The position numbers and the translations under genes are program-made. Below are positions 1-12,642 of a DNA stretch of 64,000 bases, one piece after another. The stretch comes from the human T2T-CHM13v2.0 reference genome, Homo sapiens: the NCBI RefSeq assembly GCF_009914755.1, contig NC_060925.1, one strand, 5' to 3'. Position 1 is the first letter of the stretch. Each line of letters starts with the position of its first letter. Below the pieces are notes generated by a model. That model was not told where the DNA came from, did not search any database, and saw nothing but the letters and a program-made list of their open reading frames with translations.

Positions 1-383
1 GTACATACTCAGGTCATTCCTGTCAAGTACCTTTTCACTTCAAATTTCCTGTCCTGATGGTGAAATTTTTTTACCTCTATTTGGGATATTGTGCTTTTGT
101 TCTAACAAACTCTTAAAAAATTATCTAGCTGCACTTACAGGACTTCACCCTGGTGCCTCTTCCTGTGGGAGGATACTTCTTTCCACTCATTCATATTAAT
201 CTAGCCCATGTTACTTTCTCTGGCAAATGAAATGGTATATACCAAATCTGACAGATTATGTAAGAACCATTGTATGACTCTGCTACATGTATTTATTCAT
301 TTATTTATTCAATTATTTATTTTTACTGATTTGAGACTTCACAGTCCTTGTTGGAAACTACTTTTTCATCTGAGTCCTGAAGT

Positions 384-386
<3 letters not shown>

Positions 387-422
<36 letters not shown>
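387..422. repeat. (AC)18 microsatellite
   Basis: Perfect AC dinucleotide run read directly; explains the HTHTHT in ORF 208-438. Confidence 0.97.
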
Positions 423-424
<2 letters not shown>

Positions 425-1379
425 AACTGTGTTCTTAGAACATGACTGGCATGCAGTAACAGTTCTGTAATTATTTGTTTCCTTATTGACAAATCGTTTT
501 GTTCTTCAATGTATAATTTTTATTACAGTGAATGCTACGACCACACACTCAGTTACCTAAACCTGAAATGTGGAAATTATCTTTCACCTCTCTGTTCTTT
601 ACTTACCCTGTGCAGTTGATATTGTTATGAAGCGATGTCTATTAAGTACATGGATTCTGGAGGTAAAACATCCAGTTTCAAATAACATTCTTTCATTACC
701 TGAATAACTTTGGAAAAGTTAAAATCCCAGTGCCTTGATACCCACATCAGTAAAATTATATGCAAATGTTTGCTATTGTCCATATTCACAATATCTAATG
801 TTATTCTTATTTGTTCTTTTCTTTGCCATCATCAGTCTGTATTAGTTTAGATAGCTGTCATTTCTAATTTGAATATTGAATTTTTTTTTCAAAAACACCC
901 CATTCCTTTTTAAGTTTTTTTCAATCCAATGCTTCACTACAATTAGAATAATACTCCCAAAACACAATACTGATTATTTTACATTTTCCTTGAAGCATCT
1001 CAGTAGAGATTCCAAAATCACTGTGTTTCAATGGCCTACATGAAGTTTTATCTGCTTGTTTGAAGAAGATTATTTCTCATTACATACTTTAATTGTAGCC
1101 AAATTTAGGGTAAGGCCAAAGGCAAACTCAGGACTTCTGAATCCAAAGCGAGTATTCTTCGCCAGTTTGCCTCAATTTGTTATAATATTTAATGTACCTA
1201 AAGAAAAGAATCTATACATTTTGTTTCTGAGATATTTAATGAAAACATGCTATTTAGTTGTAAACTTAACAAGTTTACCAATGAAGCAAAACCGCCAGTT
1301 GTGTGGCAAGAGTGAAGCCATTTTCAAGCAAAACTGCAATGAGGACTAGTTTGCTCCATACATACCAAGGTGTTCTAAA

Positions 1380-1705
1380 ATAAGATCCTTAAATAATGCC
1401 AACAACATGGATAACCCCTCATAAAGATCCTTATCAAACCTTCCCAGTGATTACATATCTTGACAAGAAAATCTTAAGACATTCTGCTGCACATTTTACT
1501 CTAAAAGCTTGCTATATAAAGAATACTTTCTGGAGGGCTGGTGTGGGGATTCACGTTCTCATAGCTGCCCAAGTCATTGCTTCTGTTTGTAATTCCCCAG
1601 TAAATGTTTCGTTTTGAGAAACAATTTGTCAGTCTCTTTCTTTGGCCTCTTATTTCCCTCCCCACTTTTGAGGTAGGTTTGCATATACCTGCTCACTGTA
1701 GAACA
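1380..1705 (+). mobile_element. ERV1-class LTR fragment (MER31/MER67-like)
   Basis: Has TATATAAA near 1513, a degenerate poly(A)-signal region, and a terminus GGTAGGTTTGCATATACCTGCTCACTGTAGAACA resembling recalled MER4-group LTR ends. 5' boundary and subfamily are uncertain. Confidence 0.55.
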
Positions 1706-2086
1706 ACCAACCAAGTATTTGTCTTTCGTCTCCTGCAACAAATTAAATAAATAATTATTATAAGTGATTTTTAATGATATATTTATTTAATATGGAATCA
1801 AATATTGTATAAGATTAAACTACAGTTTACCCTAAGACACTAAGACAAACATCATGTGATTACATATTTATGTTTTATGTTTGAGTTTAGAGATTATCTT
1901 TGGCTTTTATTTTCGTATTAGCCTAAAATGTGGCCGGTTTTCCTTTTCAAAACAATTCCATCTCTATCTTTCTAAAATTTGTTTCATTCAAATTAAATAG
2001 TATTATGTGGAGTAAGGTACATAAATTAATTGATTATTTGAACTTAAATTTATATGATTAAATTGGATCTGCTACCCTAAAAATAC

Positions 2087-3579
2087 TTTTTTTTTGTTTT
2101 TGTTTTTAATTTTTTTTATTATACTTTAAGTTCTGGGATACTTGTGTAGAACGTGCAGGTTTGTTACATAGGTATACACATGCTCTGGTGGTTTGCCGTA
2201 CCCATCAACCCATCATCTACATTAGTTACTTCTCCTAATGTTATCCCTTCCCTACCTCCGCACCACCTGACAGGCCCTGGTGTGTGATGTTCCCTTCCCT
2301 GTGTCTGTATGTTCTCATTGTTCAACTCCCAATTATGAGTGGGAACATGCAGTGTTTGAATTTCTGTTCTTGTATTAGTTTGCTGAGAATGATGGTTTCC
2401 AGCTTCAACCATGTCCCTGCAAAGAACATGAACTCATCCTTTTTGATGGCTGCATAGTATTCCATGGTGTATATGTGCCACATTTTCTTTATCCAGTCTA
2501 TCATTGATGGGCATTTGGGCTAGTTCCAAGTCTTTTTTATTTTATTAATCTATTGTTAACAGTGTCACAATAAACATATGTGTGCATGTGTCTTTATAGT
2601 ATAATGATTTATAATCCTTTGGGTATATATTCAGTAATGGGATTGCTGGGTCAAATGGTATTTCTGGTTCTAGATCCTTGAGGAATCGCCACACTGTCTT
2701 CCACAATGGCTGAACTAATTTACATTCCCACCAACAGTGTAAAAGCTTTTTTATTTCTCCACATCCTCTCCTGTTGCTGTTTCCTGACTTTCTAATGATT
2801 ACCATTCTGTTGTTTCCTGACTTTCTAATGATTACCATACTGACTGGCATGAGATGTTATCTCCTTATGATTTTATTTGCATTTCTCTAATGACCAGTGA
2901 TGATGAGCTTTTTCTCATATGTTTCTTGTCTGCGTAAATGTCTTCTTTTGAGAAGTGTCTGTTCATATCCTTTGCCCATTTTTTGATGGGGTTGCTTGTT
3001 TTTTTCTTGCAAATTTGTTTAAGTTCTTTGTAGATTCTGAATATTAGCCCTTTGTCAGATTGGTAGGTTGCAAAAATTTTCTCCCATTCTGTAGGTTGCC
3101 TGTTCACTCTGATGATAATTTCTTTTGCTGTGCAGAAGCTCTTTAGTTTAATTAGATCCCATTTGTCAATTTTGGCTTCTGTTGCCATTGCTTTGGGTAT
3201 TTAGTCATGAAATCTTTGCCTATGCCTGTGTCCTGAATGGCATTGCCCAGGTTTTCTTCTAGGGTTTTTATGGCTTTAGGTCTTGTGTTTAAGTATTTAA
3301 TCCATCTTGAATTAATTTTTGTATAAGGTGTAAGGAAGGGGTCCAAGTTCTGTTTTCTGCATATGACTAGCCATTTTTCCCAACACCATTTATTAAATAG
3401 GGAATACTTTCCCCATTGCTTGTTTTTGTCAGGCTTGTCAAAGATCAGATGGTTGTAGATGTATGTGTTATTTCTGAGGCCTCTGTTCTGTTCCATTGTT
3501 CTATATATCTATTTTGGTACCAGTACCATGCTGTTTTGGTTACTGTAGCTTTGTAGTATAGTTTGAAGACAGGTAGCAT
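2087..3579 (-). mobile_element. L1PA7/8-like LINE-1, 3' segment (3'UTR + ORF2 C-terminus)
   Basis: Poly(T) tail, then TTATACTTTAAGTTCTGGGATAC; minus-strand ORFs give ORF2p peptides ([32 protein letters not shown]). Confidence 0.95.
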
Positions 3580-3938
3580 ACAAAATCATTAGTGAACTCT
3601 GATTCATAATTGCTAAAAAGAGAATAAAATACCTAGGAATACAATTTACAAGGGATGTGAAGGACCTCTTCAATGAGAACTACAAACCACTGCTCAAGGA
3701 AATAAGAAAGGACACAAACAAATAGAAAAACATTCCATGCTCATGGATGGGAAGAATCAATATCATGAAAATGGCCATACTACCAAAAGTAATTTATAGT
3801 TTCAATGCTATCCCCATCAAGCTACCATTGACTTTCTTCACAGAATTAGAAAAAACTACTTTAAATTTCATATGAAACCAAAAAAGAGCCTGCATAGCCA
3901 AGACAATCCTAAGCAAAGAGAACAAAGCTACAAAGCTG
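3580..3938 (+). mobile_element. Inverted 5' segment of the same L1PA (twin priming)
   Basis: Plus-strand ORF2 sequence ends at AACAAAGCT, a few nt upstream in L1 coordinates of where the minus segment stops (AGGTAGC). Degenerate TSD AAAAATACTTTT (2079-2090) / AAAAATAAGTTTT (3940-3952) with a TT/AAAA endonuclease site. Confidence 0.9.
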
Positions 3939-6900
3939 AAAAAATAAGTTTTAAATAAACAACTTGAATAAATATGTTATTTTTATCAATGAATTTGAGA
4001 ATAATATTTGAAAATATCATTACTGAGTTTCCATAGGGTTACACCACAAAATTTAAAAAGAAAAAAATAAACCACAAAAATTCTGTGGTATTCAATTTTA
4101 TAATTGTTTTGTTTTCACTGTAACTTATTTAACTTCTCATTATTCAAACAATAGGTGAAAAGAACGCTCGTGTGTTATTTATAATTAAAATTGAGATGGA
4201 TTTACCACCTACTGTTTATTGTCAGTATATTTTCCAAAAGCAGTGGAAAAATTTATCTTCTACTAATGTTCAGTTTATGAACATTCATATTTTTGTTTCA
4301 GTGGAAAATATCACTCTATCAACTGCAGAAATAAATGCATATTAATAGGCAAAAGTAGGTTTACTCATTTTAAGATGCTGCAAGATGCTGGTGTTTTATC
4401 AGATAAGCACATAATCTTTACCTCAACATAAAAATGTATATCATTACAAAAAGTCCTTCTGAACATTTTAGTAAATGAATTGTACCAAATTTGAAAATCT
4501 ACTCAATAAGTAGACTTGAAACTAGAAAAATTAAGGAAAAAACCTTACAACTTACAAAAGTGATCTTAGAAGGAAAATCAGAGATAAGATATTATGATAT
4601 CCACCTTGTGTTTTCATAGGATCATTCAATATTAAAAATGAAAGAAGTCATTAAAACCATGTTATCAAATTCCCAATATTGATGCTTCTTTCAATAGCAA
4701 CCTTAACAAATAGTAATCTAATTGAATAATCTCATACCAATTATATTGATTCTTAATTTAATTATTAAAATTCCATTTCTACTTAGAAATATTCTATTAT
4801 TGTTAAATTTAGTTTTAATAAATTATGTAAACATGAGGATGACACAGACAGCCTACTCTTTTAGATTATTGTCATTTTCTGCTTCTAGAAGCTACTCAGA
4901 GAATGAGAACTTGGCTAAGAAATAAGGAAATTCTGAATTATAGGCTTGGCTTGTGTTTGAGGCTAACTAACCCTTATGGGTTTTATTTTTCTCATATTTT
5001 AAATCAAGTGTCCAAGCTTTGACAACTATGCTACTTTCCTACTCTCAATTTCAATAAATATAGTCGTTAATAAAACTGAGCTGGTATTACATTTCTATTT
5101 CTTTTTATAAAATAGTCACTAAACTATTCTGTACATCTAAACACTTTCCTCCAAACTTTTCAACACTATATGAAAAATTATTAAAATAATTTAAGTTTTG
5201 CTATTAATAATTAGTTCTTCAAAGAATTATAGTATTTAAACCGCAGGTTGTAACTGAAATGTAAGTTTTTACAGGAAATATTTATTTCAGTCCCAGAATG
5301 TATAAGCTTACATTAATTTGTATGACTAACTTAAATATATTGTTCATTTTTGCTTTTCGGTGCGTGGACTATAACTATGGTGTTTTATCTGCCACATCTG
5401 TTAGTTTTCTTTAAGATAAATGTATCTGTTAATTAATTCATTTAAATGTCTCCATTTTAATGAATTTGTAAGCAAAATCTGGAGAAATAATTTTAATGAA
5501 ATTAGTGAGACAAATAAAATTGTAATTAACATTTCTATGAATGACGTTAGTGAAATTTATTTTCAGGTATAGTAATTAATAAAAACTTTAATTTATTACA
5601 GAATTAGAATATTTTGTACCTGAAGTGACATAGAATCAACCGTAATTCTTCATATAGTACTAAATTATATGAGAAGGGGCACTCATTTTGATGTGTTCTG
5701 ATCCTCTCATTCCTTTTTGCATTGCTTTATATTGTTAGTTGTGTATCAGAATACCATGATGAAAAACCTCTACCAAGGTTTGGTGATGAGAAATAAAACA
5801 AAGTGTAAATATAATAAATCAGAACCAGAAACAATCCGTGCTTTTTCCTAAGACAGCTATTAGTCACAATAATTTTATAATTTTTATAAATTCATAAGTT
5901 GCTAATTATTTTTTGCATAAACACTTATACAAATGCTTATCACATTTTTCCATAAATTACCTTTATTTAAAATATGCCCTATGATTTTATCATTATATGC
6001 ATTGGTTTTCTCATATTTGCTCATGGCATCACAAATTAATAAAATATGTTTTAACATGAGTAGATATTTTTCAAAACATTTTGTATAATATTAATTGTGC
6101 CCACGGTACAGCCATGTTATGTGAACTGAAAAAATGGTTCAGAGCCCCAACAACCTTTATTTCATTCTTATTCCTTCAATATTGAAAGTATACTATATGT
6201 TTCTGATGTGCTATAAGAGATAGTTAATTACACTTCTGTATACATAAAATGTTTCCTAGAAGATAATTTTAATTTTGTATAAATTACTTCATTTAATTGA
6301 AGGTCAGAAATTACCAAATAATCCTAAAAAATAAGAATTACCATGATAACATGCCAAATAAAATTCAATAAAAGTAAATTATGTGGTAATTTAACACATA
6401 TAGATAAATACAAAAATTCAGAATAATATAAAATGAAATCGAATTATACACTGAATTTATATATTACCTAAGGTGATTTGTTTAAATATTCAAGAATGGT
6501 TAACATTTCAAAATATTTACACTTCACAATATGATAATTAAATAATAAAATATTTCAGTAGTGTACAGTCAATTTAAAAAGTTATCTATTCATGCTGAAA
6601 TAGATTACCATATTATAGAAACTGGAAAGTGAATTATGAAACAATTCTATTTATATATTTAAATTTGATAAATAATAGTGGTGTCATCCAAAATTAGTAG
6701 GAAAATAATATTCACAAATTAGATAGAACTCTTTTTTTTGATATGTAAAATAAAAATTTCAGATGAACTAAAGACCAGAACATATAAAATAAACCTAGAA
6801 AAAACTCCAGAAAACAAAAATTTGTAAGTACTAGAATAAAATATAAATAAAATGGAATAATATCTAGCAACATTTTAATAATATTAAAAATGAAAATCAT

Positions 6901-7028
6901 AAAGAACATGTTAAAATATTTTTCCAGCAATTTGTAAAATTTTATGTAACAATAAAAACTCATAATTTTTAGCAGGTAACAGTCTGGGAAGCAATATATC
7001 AACATAAACAATATTTATAAGAAAATTA

Positions 7029-7530
7029 TATTGTAGTCAGCTTAGTCCCTGGTTCAGCTAGCTAGGTCTTAGTTCTTGTTCTATGGCCAAGAAGAATAAG
7101 GGACATGGACACTGGAGAGTGATTAGAGTAGGATTTGTTAAGCAAAATGATAGCTTTCAGCAAAGAAAGGGGACCTGAAATAGGGTTGCCAGAGATGGGG
7201 CTAAATTCTGGGTGATTTATGTGGCAAGAACAAGGGATTCTTCTGTGGGTTATGCTCAAAATGGTGGGGGGGTGGTAATGTTCCCTTTTAAGGGTGTTGC
7301 CTCTGCACATGCCTGGGATTGGCCAGAGTGACTCTATCTGGTTATTACCCATGAGTGCCTAAGTGAAACCCATGGGAGGGTCTAAAACCACAATGCTAGT
7401 GTCCTGTTATCACAAATTCATAATTTGTGATCAAGATAATTCCTTAACAGTCCTTTCTGAGCAAAATGCTGGCATAAGGGAAAGTTCTTAACATTTCTTC
7501 CCATTAGCTACAGGTGCAGTGCAGACGCAC
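7029..7530 (-). mobile_element. 3' LTR of the provirus (start of U3 missing)
   Basis: Aligns by eye to 12643-13190, e.g. shared GGTTGCCAGAGATGGGGCTAAATTCTGGGTG. The last ~75 bp of the other LTR have no counterpart here. Confidence 0.85.
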
Positions 7531-7625
7531 CCTCTGAAGCAGTAACTCTAACTGCTGTTAGGGAAAAAGGGGAGATGACCACTCTGGCTTCTTTAAACTG
7601 TGAGGGATTGTCATTTGTGTGGCAG

Positions 7626-8005
7626 TCAGGGGTCCTCCAGAGGGAGGTCTAGTGGGCCTTGGAAAAAGGACTGTTTCCCATGGGATTCCATCTGCATCAC
7701 CATTTGAATTTTGATGGCCTCAAGGTGAGAAGAAACACATTTTACAAGGAGGTTTAATATGCAGGGTCCAAAAAGCAGGATAACCATTACCAGGGTTCCT
7801 AACAAGGGGAGAAAGCATGCCATTGAGAGAAGATATCCTTGAATGGTATTCCATATTTTTCCGTCCATAGAGCTCTTAGCATCTCTTAACCATGTAGCTC
7901 TATGAAGTAGATGGTTAGCCCTAAATTCAACCTTTCCTGAAGAGTTAACATAGAAGCAACAAGAAGTGTTTACTATAGCATATACCCTTCATTTTTTTGC
8001 TAACA
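7626..8005 (-). pseudogene. env: env TM-subunit remnant (gammaretrovirus-like)
   Basis: Peptides AIVNTSCCFYVNSSGKVE (CX6CC region) and FLPLLGTLVMVILLFGPCILNLLVKCVSSHLEAIKIQM; frameshifted and truncated. Confidence 0.85.
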
Positions 8006-8689
8006 GTCTTTGAGCCGATTGAAAAGTTCTATCTTTTCCTAGGTAAAAGGATTGGTGAAAGATTTTTAAGAGCTGTCCATTGTCTGGTGTCTGGCAAATG
8101 AAGTTTGCTGTCCTCCAATTGTAGCGATTCCAAGGGCTAAAAAGCATATCCTTAAAAAGTGGCCCATTCTCTCTCTGCAGAAGAATACTGAGGTTTTATT
8201 TCTCTTATGGCATCCTTCCAGATTCAAGGGACCTCAAGTGTATTGAAACTCTGGACCCTTTTTGCTGCTGACTTAGATATTTGGTCTTCCAATCTATTTC
8301 CCTTGGCTATTTCATCTATCCCCTTTTGGTGACCTTTACAATGTATAAGTGTTACTTCACATAGAAGGAAACTGAAGACAATACTTTGTCAATTTCCTGA
8401 TGGTATTTAATGGGAGACCCATTAGCTGTGAGGAAATATCTTTCTTTCCAGATATTGACATAGGTACAGAGGAATAGGACAGCATATGTAGAATCAGTAT
8501 AAATATTAAGTGATTTCCCTTTACTTAATTCAAACACCCTTGTGAGAGTGATCAGCTCAGCTAGTTGAGCACTTGTGCCTGGGGAGAGAATCACACCCTC
8601 AATAATGTCACTCATGGTGACTACTGCATATCCTGTTTTATGGATTCTTTTTTCTACAAAATAACTTTTGTCCATAAATAGAATCCATT
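8006..8689 (-). pseudogene. pol: pol RNase H and integrase N-terminal remnant
   Basis: ORF 8352-8675 contains GYAVV, TSAQLAELITLTR and NIYTDSTYA (RNase H catalytic motifs). Confidence 0.88.
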
Positions 8690-9456
8690 TGAGAGGTGAA
8701 GCTGGTTGGGCTTCTGGGTCATATGGGGACCTGGAGAACTTTTCTGTCTAGCTAAAGGATTGTAAATGCACCAATCAGCGCTCTGTGTCTAGCTAAAGGT
8801 TTGTAAACACACCAATCAGCATTCTGTAAAAACACACCAATCAGTGCTCTGTGTCTAGCTAATTGGATGGGGACCTGGAGAACTTTTCTGTCTAGCTAAA
8901 GGATTGTAAATGCACCAATCAGCGCTCTGTGTCTAGCTAAAGGTTTGTAAACACACCAATCAGCACTGTGTAAAAACACAAAAATCAGCGCTCTGTGTCT
9001 AGCTAAAGGTTTGTAAGTGCACCAATCAGCACTCTGTAAAAATGGACCAACCAGCATTCTGTAAAATGGACGTATCAGCAGGATGTGGGTGGGGTCAAAT
9101 AAGGGGATAAAAGCTGGCCACCTGAGCCAGCAGCGGCAACCCGCTTGGGTCCCCTTCCGCGCTGTGGAAGCTTTGTTCTTTCACTCTTTGCAATAAGTCC
9201 TGCTGCTGCTCACTCTTTGGGTCTGCATTACCTTTATGAGCTGTAACACTCACTGCGAAGGTCTGCAGCTTCACTCCTGAAGTAGGCAAGACCACAAACC
9301 CACTGGAAGGAAGAAACTCCGGACACATCTGAACATCTGAAGGAACAAACTCTGGACACACCAAATTTAAGAACTGTAACACTGCGAGGTTCCGTGGCTT
9401 CATTCTTGAAGTCAGAGAGACCAAGAATCCACTGGAAGGAACCAATTCCAGACACA
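8690..9456 (+). mobile_element. Solo LTR12 (ERV9) inserted in the provirus pol, opposite orientation
   Basis: Begins TGAGAGGTGAAGC and ends GGAACCAATTCCAGACACA; TCTAGCTAAAGG/CCAATCAGC repeats; perfect 4-bp TSD CATT (8686-8689 / 9457-9460). Confidence 0.95.
8722..9120 (+). promoter_or_regulatory. LTR12 U3 CCAAT (NF-Y) array with TATA-like GATAAAA
   Basis: Six intact CCAAT boxes (8771, 8812, 8837, 8915, 8956, 9022), two degenerate ones, and GGGATAAAAGC near 9104. Activity is inferred from known LTR12 biology only. Confidence 0.6.
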
Positions 9457-9460
9457 CATT

Positions 9461-10700
9461 CTAGGTTTTCTAAGGCAATTTCTTTGAGCTTCTTCCTGGC
9501 CACATAGGTTTATACCACTATCTTTTCACTGTCATGCTCAGGCTCTCCAGCTTCCTCTGGGAGGTAGGTGGCTGGGTTTACACAGAGACAGGTTCTTAAC
9601 TAGACTGTACATCCCTCTAACAGCAGAGCCTCAAATTTGAAGAGGTGGTTGTCTGTTAGTCAGAGATTCCCTTTAGAGAACATCAGTCCTGCCACATTAT
9701 GGGGGATATAAACTGTTAAGTTATTCCCTGTGGTTAACTTAGTAGCCTCCGGCACCAGCAAGGCTACTGTGGCAACTACTCAGAGACAGGACAGCCATGC
9801 TTTAGCTACCAAATCAAGCTCCTTGCTTAGGTAGCCTATGGACTACTTGGCTGGACCTTGGGCCTGCGTTAGAACTCCCAGGGTCGTTCCCTTCCTTTCT
9901 GATACATAAAGCTTGAATGTCTTTTCTAAGGGAAGACTAAGGTCTGGTGCCTTAAGCAAGGCTTGCTTTGATTGGTTAAAGATCCCTTTAGCCTCTGATC
10001 TCCAAAGTATTGAGTGAGTCTTAGCTGCCTGAGTCTCCTTTATGAGGTGATATACAAGGTAAGCCATCTCACCATACCCAGGTATCCATAATCTGCAAAT
10101 TATGGATCCCCTCAGCTGTTTGAGGATTTGGGGGAGGAGAAAAGAAGAGATGGGCTTAATACTTTCTTTGTTGAGTGCTCTGATAACTTCTGAGAAGGAT
10201 AGACCAAGGTAGTTCACTACAGTTTGACAGAACTGAGTCTTATATTTTGAAACCTTATATCCACTGTCAGCTAGAAATTTGAGAAGAGCCTTAGTGCCCT
10301 CCTGAGAGGGTTCCTTGGTTGGGGCACAGAGGAGAATGTCATCTACATATTGCAAAACTTTAACCTGAGGATGAAAAAACTCAGAGATCTCTTAACAAGG
10401 CCTGCCCAAGCAAGTACGAGCTGTCTCAGAATCCCTGAGGCAGCACCATCCAGGTTAACTGAATGGCTTGGTGGGAGATATCCTCAAATGCAAACAGGTA
10501 TTGGGAGTCAGAGTGTAATGGTATGTGGAAAAAGACCTCCTTCAAGTCCAGGACTGTGAACCATTTAGTTTCCTCAGGTATTTGAGTTAGCAAACTATAG
10601 GGTTTGGGAACCACAAGATGAATTGGAACCATAGGCTAATTAATGAAGCAGAGGTCTTGGACTAGTCCCCATTCCCTGCTGCGTTCCTGTAACCCCAACA
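9461..10700 (-). pseudogene. pol: pol reverse transcriptase/tether remnant
   Basis: Peptides EWGLVQDL, WFTVLDLKEVFFHIPL, WMVLPQGF and QYVDDILLCA; multiple frameshifts and stops. Confidence 0.92.
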
Positions 10701-11439
10701 AAAAACAAAAAACCCAAATAAAAAACACTTTTTTTTTTCTTTCTGCTGTGACCCTCTCTGTATCCTCTGGGTCCCAGTGACCTTCATAGGTGCCACCAAT
10801 GGATGGAAGCATTACCTTCATCCATGGATTCTGGGGGCTAGTTGCCATGTGTAATCATGCTTACCTGTCCTATTCCTTCGCTTTGGATTCTTTGCCATCC
10901 TAGCCTAGTTGCCTTTCTAGATTTCCATCTTGGGCCCCCAAAGAGACACTGGGATAGCTGAATTTGGGCCAAAAGCCTCAATGGAGGGGACCTTCTAAGG
11001 CAGTCCCTAAATTCTTTCTTCATTATGCAGTTCAGAGATTGGGCCAGAATAAGACATGCCAGAAAATGGGAATGATTAATCTCCAAATATAGTTCCTCAT
11101 TTTTGTCTAAGTGCTATTGCACCTGGAGACGAAAGAGATGCTTCTAAAGAACCTACGTGTCAGGCTGGTTCCTTTCCTTCTGTGGAGACAACATAGAAGC
11201 AAACATCTGTCTGGCTAGGCTTTCTTCTTCCTCCCTATCATAAGGTAATTTTTTTTTTTTTATTTTCAAATGGGGCAAGGGACATGGCCTCTGCTGAGTG
11301 GCCAGAGGGAGGTATGTAATTGGAAAACTAAGAGTTTTGGGCAGAAGACTGATTGGGCTCCCTAAGGAAAGAAGTCCCATCTCATCAGGTGGCTTAATAG
11401 GGATGGAAATGTAAAGCTGTATCTTTGTCTCCAAATACC

Positions 11440-11767
11440 TTTTTTTTTGAGATGGAGTTTCACTCTTATTGCCCAGGCTGGAGTGCAATGGTGTGATCTC
11501 GGCTCACTGCAACCTCCCGAGTAGCTGGGATTACAGCCATGCACCACCATGCCTGACTAATTTTTGTGATTTTAGTAATTTTGTAATTTTAGTAGAATTT
11601 AGTAATTTTGTAAATTTTGTAATTTTTGTAAATTTAGTAGAAATTTTAGTAGAAATTTAGTTTCTCCATGTTGGTCAGGCTTGTCTCAAATTCCTGACCT
11701 CAAGATATCCACCTGCCTTGGCCTGCCAAAGTGCTGGGATTATAGGCATGACCCACTGTGCCCGGCC
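11440..11767 (-). mobile_element. AluS-type element in the provirus leader, with internal deletion and expanded linker
   Basis: Poly(T) then GAGATGGAGTTTCACTC ... CCCGGCC; ~38 bp missing near 11515; linker replaced by an AT-rich array. Confidence 0.92.
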
Positions 11768-12621
11768 ATTCTTTTAATGCAGAATTTGGAAAGAGAGGTT
11801 TGGGGCTTGATAGGCTGTCCCACAATATGCTTCCCAGCAGAAGAAAATTAATTTGTTTCACAGAGGGGCTGCTTAAATTCATTGGATTGTGCTGATTTCT
11901 CACATGGGGAAAGAAACAGGCCAAATGGAGAGGAGGGTGTCTATTTGGGGTGAAATATCTTTCTATACTGTGTCATCTATAGACATCATAGGTAGAAAAA
12001 GAAGTCCTTAGACTGAAACCTTGAAATCCCCCTGTCTCAAGGAAATCACATACACACAAAAAAAACCCTTTGAGCTGCATTTCTGTTTGCTAAGGCACCT
12101 GCTGATTTTACCGAACAAAATTATATCTCCAGGCTGCAAAAGCACATGCAACTTTGCATACAAAGAAGAAATTGAAGCCATAACAGCTGCAAAATTAAAA
12201 AAAAAAACAGAGAAAATATGATACAAAAAGCCTGGAAGTCCTGGTGCTGACACTGTAATGGGCTGATGGGTACTGAAGTTAGTCTAGGGGCATTTGGGTA
12301 AGACTGTGTGGTAGCCTCATCCTGATACCCTCAGTTGCCACAGGACCTCCTTCCAGTTCCATGGGATGGCTAGACCTCCATAAAGAGAAACTGGACTGGA
12401 ACGCAGCAAACATTCTCAACACCCGAGGGCAATGGTGGATTGACAAAGTCCTCTCTAGTAAGCCTGTCCTCTGAGTCTTTAGTCTGGCAGATGTGCTGTT
12501 TGCTCTAAAGTGGCCGATAGAGGCTCAGCATTTTATTTGATCTTGAAAAAAATCTGAGGACAAGAATCCTCGGAAATGAAAATAAAAAATTAGAAGTCTG
12601 CTCCTACTCACCCTTCCAATG

Positions 12622-12639
12622 ATCCCAGATGAGATCCCA
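12622..12639 (-). other. Primer-binding site, tRNA-Pro-like
   Basis: Minus-strand TGGGATCTCATCTGGGAT vs canonical Pro PBS TGGGGGCTCGTCCGGGAT (14/18), 3 nt after the 5' LTR CA end; a GGGTGAGT splice-donor-like site follows. Confidence 0.75.
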
Positions 12640-12642
12640 AAA

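Noticed and set aside
7626-7868. Syncytin-like domesticated env gene
   Set aside because: Only a frameshifted TM remnant; SU, furin site and fusion peptide are absent.
8722-9075. CRISPR-like regularly spaced repeats
   Set aside because: These are the known LTR12 U3 tandem subunits, and the intervening sequences are also repeated.
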